A stretch of 64,000 bases of DNA from Octopus sinensis (Eukaryota). The position numbers and the translations under genes are program-made. Positions 25,151 through 35,900 of this stretch are shown here, piece by piece. Under the pieces are notes generated by a model that worked only from the letters and a program-made list of their open reading frames with translations, made no database searches and was not told the DNA's origin. Numbering within the stretch: position 1 is the first letter of the stretch; every line of letters starts with the position of its first letter. The DNA lies in contig NC_043007.1 of assembly GCF_006345805.1 (NCBI RefSeq), forward strand, positions 23,746,001 to 23,810,000, read 5' to 3'.

Positions 25151-26169
25151 AATGTTCACTTCTAAGGTTCTTCATTTATTGTATCCTCATAATTACATCA
25201 TCTCTTTCCTTATTAACATAGACGGAGGTGTATAAACTAGAATCCTTCTAGTCATATTCATGCCAGCAACAGCTGCAGCTGCATTTATATCCTGTTCAGG
25301 CTGTGACTCAGTCTTTCATATTTTGATGTCTGTCCTTCGTATCGGTCAATTTCTGTGTTTGCTTATTGTGACTGCAGCACCAGGAACATTTCTCAAGCGT
25401 TGAAGGATGCATTTGACATTAAGAATGTTCTTTTATCAATATCGTCGTCCCGGTCATTGTAAAAGATTTCTTCAATTACTTTTATGGTACAGTAGTGCCT
25501 TATTGAATGACATCCACTTGAAATAAATAAATAAATAAAAGCCTCGTTGCTCTTCATAATTACTAGACTACAACTGATAACATAGTCATTAGTTTTCATT
25601 TTTTACAGCTAGTATTTTAGCCCCAGGAAATACACTTCACTTTGCTTGTTATGAAAATTTGAAGGGTTTATTTTAAGAAATATATATTTTTTTTCTTTAC
25701 ATGAAGGTCATTCACTTGTGAAAAACAATTGGTCCAGTATAACAGAATACCTAAATCAGACATTATTAGCATTTGTAAAAGGGTATAAAAAAAATTGTTT
25801 TTTGGTCTATTTAATGAAATGTTAATTAGTGAGCTATTAGTAATAAGTATTCTGTTTGTTTGTAAAATTTAATAATCCAATAACTAATAAGTCCTTGTGG
25901 AGTGTGCAATGATTATGATGTTGAGAATTAGTGACATTTTCATAAATTAAGGTATAAAGTGGCTTATATATTTTGTATCTACTACTGTACCATTGTCTCA
26001 AAAAACAATTCTACTACAATACATTTCTGTGTTGACACTGAGAGTATAATCCACCATCTGGTGCTTATAGAAAATTGGCTGTTTTATCATCATCATCACT
26101 ATCCTCTGGGCATCACTCAAGTCTTTGGACTCATAGTTACTCAGTTTTCATAGTATGTAGGTGACTGGG

Positions 26170-26345
26170 GTCACAAAATTCTCCCTTAAATCAGATGCCA
26201 GTCCATTGCAAGGTCACTCATTTACAGCTGAGTGGATTGGACCAACATAGAATGAAGTGTTTTGCTCAAGAACACTGCACTGCTCAGTCCAAGAATGAAA
26301 ACCATCATCTTGTGATTGTGATTGAGTTCATCACACTAACCACAA
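26170..26345 (-). mobile_element. SINE family C, degraded
   Basis: gaagtgttttgctcaagaacac is the reverse complement of the family C centre. Confidence 0.65.
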
Positions 26346-26753
26346 TACTTTGTATTAAAATTTTGCTTTCGTAATTGTAAATTCCAAATTTTCTTAAATC
26401 ATTTTCAGGTGGTGGGGTGGCCAAATCAAGCAGTATGGAGTTTAATGCTTGCTTGTAGTATTTATCTTTTGGGCCACCCTTTGGAGATGGTATCACAAAG
26501 CTAAACCCAAAGAGCATTGTTTTTTATCTATTTGACTATTTTGGTAAAATTTTTTTATGTCTTTAATTTTTCATACACAGATTTATAAATACATATATTT
26601 ACGTATACATAAACACATACATACATAAAAAATACTAACAAGCAATTTGTGAAAAAAACAAGGTGTGTGTATGTGTTTCACTATTCAATTCACTCATGGG
26701 CGTGAAAGACAATTGGTATATGTGTGTGACTGTGTATGTTGCTGAGAACTGAA

Positions 26754-26789
<36 letters not shown>

Positions 26790-27548
26790 GTTTTTTTTAC
26801 AGAAATTGCTGAACAAATAGATATAACAGAACAATCTTTACTTTCAGTTTTGTTGTACCATCTGTTTTGTTTTCTCAATTTCTGCCTGAGACAACTTTGT
26901 TCTTCATTCTGCAGGAGTCTGTACAGTTAGTACCAGCAGTCCTGGGCTGATGTAATTGACTATGCTATTAAAGTACAATGACTGAAACTAGTAAAAGGAA
27001 AGAAGAAAAATGAATGCTAAGAGCTGTTAAAAAAAAAATTTCATTTCCTGTTCAGGAAAGTGAATGCCAGAATAAGTTTTTTTTTATGTATTAATTTTTT
27101 CTCCTTCCCTCTCTTTAAACCTTTCTTTACACCTGTGTGTGTCATAGTATAACATACATTTCTGTAGCAATTGTTCAGTGACCTGCTCAGCTTTAGTGAA
27201 ACAGATCTTTGTAGTTTATAACCAGTTGAATGTGTAGGAGCATTCTATTATCACCGTACCTTAAATATGCTTAAATCTTGTTTGTACTGTGTATGTACAA
27301 AAGTCACACAGTAGTTGGTTGTGTGGATGGTTGCATAAGAGATGAGAAAGAATGATTTAGTTGTTTGGTAAGTTTAAATTCCTTGGAATTTATTGGAAGT
27401 GCTTTGTAAATCAACACTGATTGTCTCGTGAGATTGAAAATCTATTCTCTTATTTTAGAGTATATGCTGTTTGTCTACATTTATATGGCAGAGATAAATT
27501 TAAAATATGTTGCAGTCTAATGTATTTGTGGTTAGACATGGACTTTAA

Positions 27549-29272
27549 CCTTTTAGTGTTCAGATTAATCTGTTGAATGTGATGCTTATTTGTTCGCGTT
27601 AATTTGAATTCAGGTTCAAGAGAGGTGTCCACAATATTTACTTGTAACTTTGTTAATTTTTTACATATAGATTTGAAATTTTGTCAGTGGGTGCTTATAT
27701 ACCAGTGGATTATAGTTATGTAATTTTAGCTGATCTTGCTGATTAAATTTGACTTTTAAGGGCAGGTAAATTTAATTAACATGTGTAAAAGCAATAACAT
27801 TATGGATAAACACTAAAATTGAAATTCTTAATGCATCTTACTTGTTCAATTTATTACTAAAATTATCCCAGCTGTCAACTGCCAATAATTTTGCCACTTT
27901 TCAAGATGAGGTACATTAATATGAATGAATTAAAATACAGGTGTAATCGGTAGATTTTATTCTTTCTCTATATTTCATTGAAACATTTTCATTGAAAATA
28001 AAGTATAAAACTATTTTACTAGTCAATATACCATTGGCTATGTATCCTTATACAATTTAATGAATGCATTTTCGTAACAGAATACATCAAATATAAAAAG
28101 CTCATTAACAAGTGAGACAAAAGTGAATACAGGTGTGTAACATACTGAAAATTAATGTATTTCTCACTTTCACTTATTATTTGTAATAAAATGAAAGGAA
28201 TATATGATAATATTACTATCAAACAACAAAGTATAGTTATGGCATATTTCTATCATAAAACTGCCAAAGCACTTTGCAAAACAAATACATATATGAGGTC
28301 TGAACCTGATATCCTATCACAGTTTTTGTTTTTTGTTGTGAACACAGTCTGCAAACTTTTTTTTCGTCCATTTTATACCACTTTATGGAAGTGAATATTT
28401 TCTCTAATATCTGCCTCAGTTCATTTTGCTTTTCTCCTAGTTCTGTGCTTTCTGGAAGAAAAGTCCTCACATAACTGAGATGCAATGTCAGTTAGACAAT
28501 GCTGGAGATACATGGATTACCATACCTTATATCAGGATTCCAGTAGTTCTACAGTTGAGGAAGCTGCTTCATACCAAACAATGTTTAGAGTAAAAAAAAG
28601 TTTGCATTTCTGCAGTATCAGTTGGTTGCTGTAGTGGATTGGGTCTCCCACGAATAGAAATTATGTGACGAGCATATGTTTCCTCTGTGACAGTTAAAGG
28701 AAAAAAAAAAACTTTTCGGTAAAAATAAAAATAAATAGTCCAATGTTTGAGCATCGGGAGGTAGACTTTTATTGTGGACTAGTCTTTTCTGTGAAATTGG
28801 GAATTGTGGTTGATGTAATCTTCAACCAAGTTGCCACAATGTTTTCAATATCATTTTTATCACTTTCCTTATCAAAATCTTCTTCGTCCGACGATGATTC
28901 ATAAATATCAATATGATTTGTCCGAAGACAAATCACTGTTGTTTTTATTTATATTTTGTCCATCATCAAGAGTAAAGGCTTCAAACTTGGAATTGCTACT
29001 TGCTGATGTCATATTGTTAAAAACTTATATACTTCAAATATTGACAAAACCAAGAAGTCTAAAAAAATTTCACTTTATTTTTATTTGAATAAAAGCAAGA
29101 AAGGCTTTATCTTGCATTATCTCACAGCTAGGAGAATTCAATAATGCGATTGGTTTATTTTATTTTGTTTTTACCGATTTCGTAGAAGAATCAAATAGTC
29201 GGACTTGGCCAGTTCAAACAGATAAAGGGGAATCATTTTCAGCCGGTTTTGGCCAGTCTAAACAGCAAAGGG
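27549..29272 (-). mobile_element. internally deleted piggyBac-like DNA transposon; transposase remnant about 29012->28237
   Basis: TTAA at 27545-48 and 29273-76 with cc(c/t)ttt-type TIRs. Minus-strand peptides: MTSASSNSKFEAFT, acidic SSSDEEDFD, W...PNFT, VTEETYA, PTDTAEMQTFF, LPQL*NYWNPD, LHL...LRQILE, then a Cys-rich end VCRLCS...KT. No DDD core seen. Confidence 0.82.
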
Positions 29273-29646
29273 TTAATGTTGGAACAAGCTGCAACCATAA
29301 ACCGTGCACTCTGTACATCTAAATAGTTTTCCAATTTGTGTGTGTCTGTGTATATGTATATTCATGTATGTGTACTAGAGAATGTTGTTTAGACTGGTTG
29401 AAATTTGTGACATTTTGGCATCCAGATATTGGTTGCCATAATCCATGTATTCTAGGAGTGTATGAAACATTTTGGCGCTGCCTATTTGGCATCGCTGATT
29501 TGCCGCAAACTTTAGACAACAGATGTTTTAAGGTTTCCCTCATTTTCTCTGTCTCTCTCTCTCTATCTATCTTCCTATCTGTGTGAGCAATTATGTTTTT
29601 ATGTATGTGTAATGCCTTTCTCTCTTCTCCCTATCTCTGTATGTGT

Positions 29647-29878
29647 GGTGGCAAGCTGGGAGAATCGTTAGCACGTCAGGCGAAATGCCGAGCGGTATTT
29701 CGTCTGCCTTTATGTTGTGAGTTCAATTTCTGCCGAGGTCGACTTTGCCTTTCATCCTTTCAGGGTTGATAAATTAAGTACCTGTTACGCACTGGGGTCG
29801 ATATAATCAACTTAATCCGTCTGTCTGTCCTTCTTTGTCTCATCTGTGTTTAGCCCTTTGTGGGTAGTAAAGAAATAC
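29647..29878 (+). mobile_element. SINE family B, full length
   Basis: tRNA-like head (gagttcaatttc B-box), centre gtcgactttgcctttcatcctttc, tail tagccctttgtgggtagtaaagaaat. Confidence 0.9.
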
Positions 29879-30501
29879 ATTTCTCTGTATGTTTGACTTC
29901 AGTGTCAAAATGTACTGTCAGCCAAAACACATTGAATGTTCAGTCATCCATGCCAGATTGTGAGCATCCAAACAACTGCACCCTCTCAGGTCATCCCATA
30001 CTCTTGGTGTGCTTCCAATAATCTTTTCACTTTAGTTTTTGTCCTTCATCTGCTGAGTGTAAGTCATTATGAAGTCTGCGATGCTTTTGTGTGGTAGATG
30101 AATAGCCATGTTGATGTTGGAAGATTTGTTTGGTACAACAATTGGTGCTTGCAGTACCACATAATTTATAAATGTACGAAGCTGGGGTTGGTGAGTTATG
30201 TCCTTGGTGTGTGAGAAAATGTGACTGTAATGGCTATAGTCAGTATGTGACATTCAACAATTCTTTTTCTCTTTTTTATTTTTAATTCAACTAATGTCAA
30301 TGTACCAAAATTTTTTTGGTGTCTCGCAAAGAATTTCTAGTTATATTTTCACTCCCCCTCTGTTTAAATTTGGCAGTGATATTGTATATATTTAGAGCAG
30401 TTGTCATTAACATTTTCCTTGATAATCATAACAGTTTACTGTATTAAGAATGTCATTTTATTTTCTAAATGTTTCAGAACTGAACTAGAAATCCAAAAAT
30501 C

Positions 30502-30525
30502 ATGTCTGGTGAAGATCAAATAGAG
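30502..30525 (+). CDS. CNOT4: CNOT4 coding exon 1 (MSGEDQIE); exon begins at 30478 after an acceptor
   Basis: Acceptor tttcAG ends 30477; in-frame TGA at 30481 upstream of ATG 30502; donor GAG|GTAAGT, phase 0. Confidence 0.85.
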
Positions 30526-32917
30526 GTAAGTAATCTGTTTTACTACTGTTTGTTATTGAATTCTTTCATTATTGAATATAACCTCCTTAACAAGTCAAAT
30601 CTTTATTCTAATTCTTTATTAATTGTCAGTTGTTTAATGGTAGTTTTCTTCAGTAATTTCATTAATTAATGCTACATTTTAGCAAATCTTTCATCATTCT
30701 GCTCATGGTTTCTGCTGAGACATTAGTTACAAAAAGGTTACAGATATACTTTTAAACTGATTTTTGTTATCATTTGATGTCCACCTTTCCAAGCTTGCCT
30801 GGGTTGAATGAAATTTGTTGTGGCAGATTTTGTACATCGGGTGCCTTTCCTGTCACCAACCCTCACTGGTTTCCAAGCAAGATAATATTTTCCCATAGCT
30901 AGACATTTTTTCTTAGAAGACTGGAGACAAACAACCTTCTTTGTATGATGATGATCCCATTCATTTACACCCACCTTCATGGTTTCTGCTGAGACATTAG
31001 TGACAAAAAGGTTACAGCCTTTCATCCTTTCGGGGTCGATTAAATAAATACCAGTTACGCACTGGGGTCGATATAATCGACTTAATCCATTTGTCTGTCC
31101 TTGTTTGTCCCCTCTGTGTTTAGCCCCTTGTGGGTAGTAAAGAAATAGGTATTTTGTCAGCCTTTGTTCTGAGTTCAAATTCTGCCGAGGTCGACTTTGC
31201 CTTTCATCCTTTCGGGGTCGATAAATTAAGTACCAGTTACGCACTGGGCTCGATGTAATTGACCTTGTCCTTGTTTGTCCCCTCTATGTTTAGCCCCTTG
31301 TGGGCAATAAAGAAATAAGAAACTAGGATTTTACATTTGTGCGACTTTTAAAACAATTTTTAAACCGTCTTGACTATAGATATTAAAGTATCTGTTCAAT
31401 GTATTTTCTGTTTTCAGTGTCCACTATGTATGGATCCTCTGGAAATAGATGATAAAAATTTCTTCCCTTGTACATGTGGTTATCAGGTAAGTAAACTTTC
31501 CTTTTTGGGTTATTTTATTGAGAAGATAAATGAAGGGAGAAGTATGTTTAGAATAATTCAGAAATTTCACCAGTTTAAATATTCATTAAGTAAATGATTT
31601 TGTTGTCTGTTCCAACAATTTTAGATTACCCCACCTACCTTCTGTGAATATTGGTGAATATACAGTATGTACAGTGATTCAACTTTCCTTTTTTTTCTCT
31701 CTTTCACTTAATAGTGAAGACTAATCTAGTCTAAAGTGTCTAAGTCAGTAACTGCTGTGTTTGTTGTGCTGTATTTGAAAGCAACTTAAAGTCGAAGTAC
31801 ATATCAAAGTTCATTGAATGTGATATCACTGGCACAGATAGTAGGGTTTTAAAGCCCCATTGCTGTTAGGGGTCAATTGAATATCAGTACTGGAGGTAAG
31901 GTCAATGTCACCAAGTAACTATCTCAAGGAGCTTGTAACAACATATGGTAAAGAAATTGATAAAAGATTGGTCATTATCAAAATCTACTTAAGTGATTAT
32001 TACACAAGTTGTATTTTTTTTTATGCAATAAGGCAACATAACTGGAGAATCAAGATGCATTTGTTTCTATAACCTCTGTATTGTACTCCTGGTGTAAGTA
32101 ACCGTAGGAAGACATGTAACTTAGGAGCTGCACCCCTCCATCCTCGCAACATGTAAATGTTCAAATTTCTAAAAGTCTTACTTATGTAGAAATATTTATA
32201 GAACATAAATCGAAATCAAACTCGGTGACTGGCATCTGTTACTATTGGAGCGCTAAGCGTACCATACGAGTGAGATCGTTGCCAGAACAACAAGCTGGCC
32301 TTCGTGCTGATGGCACATTAAAAACACCATTTGAGCATGATCGTTATCTGCGTCGCTTTACTAGCACTTGTGCTGGTGGCACGTGAAAAAAAACATTCAG
32401 GCTAGGTCGTTGCCAGTGCTGCTGGACTGGCTCCTCTGCAGGTGGCACATAAGTACCATTTGAGCATGGCCGTTGCCAGTACCACCTAACTGGCCCTCGT
32501 GCTGGTGGCACGTAAAAGCACCCACTACGCTCTCGGAGTGACTGGCATTAGGAAGGGCATCCAGCTGTAGAAACTCTGCCAGATCAGATTGGTGTCTGGT
32601 TCGCCAGACCTCAGTTAAATCGTCCAACCCATGCTAGCATGGAAAGCGGACATTAAACGATGATGATGATGATAGAGTAAAAGTCATCATTATTTAATGT
32701 CAGCATTTCCATGCTTCAGATGAAATTCATTGAATCAGATTTTCTATGGCAGGATGCCCTTCTTGTCATCACCTCTCATCTGTTTCCAAGCAAGATGATA
32801 TTTCCCCATGGCCAGTCCTCTTTTTCACAGCAGACTGGAAATGATCAACATCACTTGTATGATGATGATGCTCATTACAACAATCATGTGATGTCTAGAC
32901 AAAGGTACACACACACA

Positions 32918-32960
<43 letters not shown>

Positions 32961-35900
32961 CAAGCTTTTCTCAGTTTCTGTTTATCAGATTCACTCACAA
33001 GGCTTTGGTCACCCCATGGCTATAGTAGAAGACACTTGCCCAAGGTACTCCACAGTGAGACTGAACCAAAGATCATATGGTTGGGAAGCAAGCTTCTCAA
33101 TCACACAGCCACACCTGTAAAACAGACGAAACTTTGTCCAATTAGGGGGGTGGGGGTTGTACATTCGTCACTGATCAGTTAACCTTTTTTCTTTTACTTA
33201 CTGGTATATTTTGTCAGGGACATCTAAGAAATAAGTATCTAAAATGGTTATCAAACAATATTGCACAATTTTGATTTATTTCTTTCAAAACATTTACTGA
33301 TGTTAATATCAACTATATTTTGGCTTTGAATTCTTGTGCTAAGGTAGATGATCATGCTTTGAGCAAGTGAGATATTGACATCATATATCAAGACAAATGG
33401 CGAAACATGTTAAGCTGTGACCTTTTGTGCATCAAATTATTTCACTCCCACACCTTTTCAAGCCTCTTGTTGAGCTATTCAGCTGTTGTTGCAACTTTCT
33501 ACCATCACATACATACAATAACTTTGTTCCGTTACTTCAGCAATGTGTTGCTACTGCACACTATGCTCCACAAGGAAACAGAACAGGCCATTCGGTAGTA
33601 GAGTTATTATTTTGTAGCCACTAACTAGTACAATGATGTGTGAATTTGACCTAAAATCCAATCTTGAGTCACCTCTTAAATATTATAAGCTTTCAGTAAA
33701 GTGTTACAGGAGTGCTATTCAGAAGCACAACTTTCTGAAGGCAATTTGCCAAACTTTCTGTGAACCAGTTTGTATATGTTGACTTCTGAGTTTTGAGACA
33801 AAGAAACTGTATTTGTATGATTAATTTATTTTTGGAACAACTTAAAGCCATAGGCTAATTTAGCATGCAGAAGGAAGTTGTCAGAGCCATTTAGATCACT
33901 GGTCTCTGCACTTTCCCATGACATTATGATCTAGCTTGGAGATAGACTGTTATTACTATTCCAGCATATAATTAATTTACTTGGTTGTGTAATCATCTTT
34001 AGACTATCACATCAACTATTGATGGACTAGATGTTAGAAACATATATATTTGGTACATCATTATTGTTTGGTAGTAGAGCTGGTCATATCTGCTTAAGCA
34101 CATCTCTGGCATGGACATTTTATTTGATTAGCATTTCATGAGGTTTTAAAAATGTTTTAATCTAGAAATGTAGTACAGAAATTTGGTAACGACATTGTGA
34201 GGATCAAGTGACATTGGTTCAGTGATTATCGACATGAAATTTGCCAGGTCTGCTGTCATTTGGTACATCTATGCAGTTGCTTCAATCCTTTACGACCAGG
34301 ATCACCTTAACTTATGCTTTCTGTGTAATCAGTTCAAAAATTTAAATTTAGAAAATTATGACATTGACATTTTAAGCTTTAAGGTAAAATATGAGATGAC
34401 TGGAAAAATTGCCTCTCATGATAATAAAGGATGAGCACTTTCATGAACAGAAGTAACATTGATACTATACGTCTATCAGGCTTCTGAGAGAAAGATGGTG
34501 AGGGCACAACATACTAACTCTAGTAGTGACTGAACTTATGGCCTTAGTCAGCCTCCACTTTAGCCTCAAGGCTTATTACCAAAATGGCAATTATTCTACA
34601 AATATAGAACCTGTAAACTATGAAACAGATGGACCCGAAGAAGACCTGAAGTGGGGAGTGCTTTACTTGTACTTGTGACGGCGTTCACCCAGGGCGGGTT
34701 GAGCCGGCTTCTTCTCTGGTCCTAACGGCATCACGAAGCATGACGGCCCCATGCGAGGTCACTGGAGATAGCGAGCCATTCACGGTTCCATCTGCACAGA
34801 CCGACCACCTGTGGCCCTGAGAATTCGGAGAGGTCCTCCTTTATCGTTGTTGCCAAGTCTTCAGCTGTCCTCCTGTGCGTTTGTGCCAGCTGGGAAGTGG
34901 AGGTAGGAGGACGACATTGCGAATCAGCTCACCCTCTGGACGCTGAGAGTGGGGAGTGCATGTCATTGAGGTTTGCAAACCTAACTGAATGATTGGTTAA
35001 ATTGTTAATGAATTGGCTAATAATAATAATAAGTGAAATAGAACCAGTACATATGTTTATTATTGGCATAATGACCCACCCAAGATACAGCGAAATTATT
35101 CTAATTTTCATATCCAGTATTCTAAATTATTCTCCTATATTTCTTTATTCACATTTAGATATTTATCTCAGATTTCCTACTGTGACTCTGCTTAATCATA
35201 GTTTCCCAGTGTGACTTGTACTTAATCCTGTTGTTTCATTTATTAGTAATTCAACTTCTTTTGTACCTTCTATACTCTTGCACACACCAGAATTCTTTGT
35301 TCATTGTATTGTACTCATAAATATATCTCTTGGCATTCAACCATTATGTCTATGTATTTGGTTATGTCAAAGCTATTTCTGGTTGACTTGGCTGGCTGAC
35401 TTGTTATTGCTGCTAGTGTTGTAGTGGTTGTTGTTGTTGTTAATGAGGATTCTAACTAGTAGCTGCTTACAACAGCTAACTGCATGTCTTGCATGCCATT
35501 ACAGTAGGGGACTTTCAAGAAACATTTTTTTTTTTCTTTTTTGTTTTTAAACTAGGAAAACAACTTTTGTCATATGAATGGCTTAGCTACAAATGTCTTG
35601 TAACTTTACACATCATTCTTACTACATGTTATTTGAGAAGACATAAGCAGGTACAAATATTGATTTCTTCAGTTGCGGGGCCTTAGGTTTATATAGGCAG
35701 AAATAAGATCAGGACATTCATCCTGTTGTCAAGGGCATTAGTAACAACATAAGATGAAGTTGAGTAGCTGTAGATGTAAATCAAAATGGATCACAATTTG
35801 GCTTGTTGGCAATTTAGCTTTACTCCAAGACACCCACAAGTTGCTATAAATATTGAATATGAACCAAATAATTTTTTTAAAAATTTCTTTTTCCCCCTCT

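Noticed and set aside
25200-25600. Minus-strand peptide TESQPEQDINAAAAVAGMNMTRRILVY as an exon of a second gene
   Set aside because: In-frame stop immediately upstream, no polypyrimidine acceptor, and no partner exons found.
26803-26905. Candidate non-coding 5' exon of CNOT4 after the poly-A run
   Set aside because: Acceptor-like tttttacAG is present, but the donor is weak and such motifs are common in AT-rich DNA.
30738-31244. 168-aa minus-strand ORF
   Set aside because: Chance read-through of SINE B and A' fragments; similar peptides recur at other SINE B copies.
32205-32530. Conserved core plus variable spacer in family D arrays as a CRISPR analogue
   Set aside because: The spacers are diverged copies of each other and recur between loci, so they are not acquired sequences.
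34612-35370. Solo LTR or CpG-island promoter
   Set aside because: The GC-rich part is fully explained by an antisense RTE fragment with a perfect TSD; no matching LTR termini or TSD.
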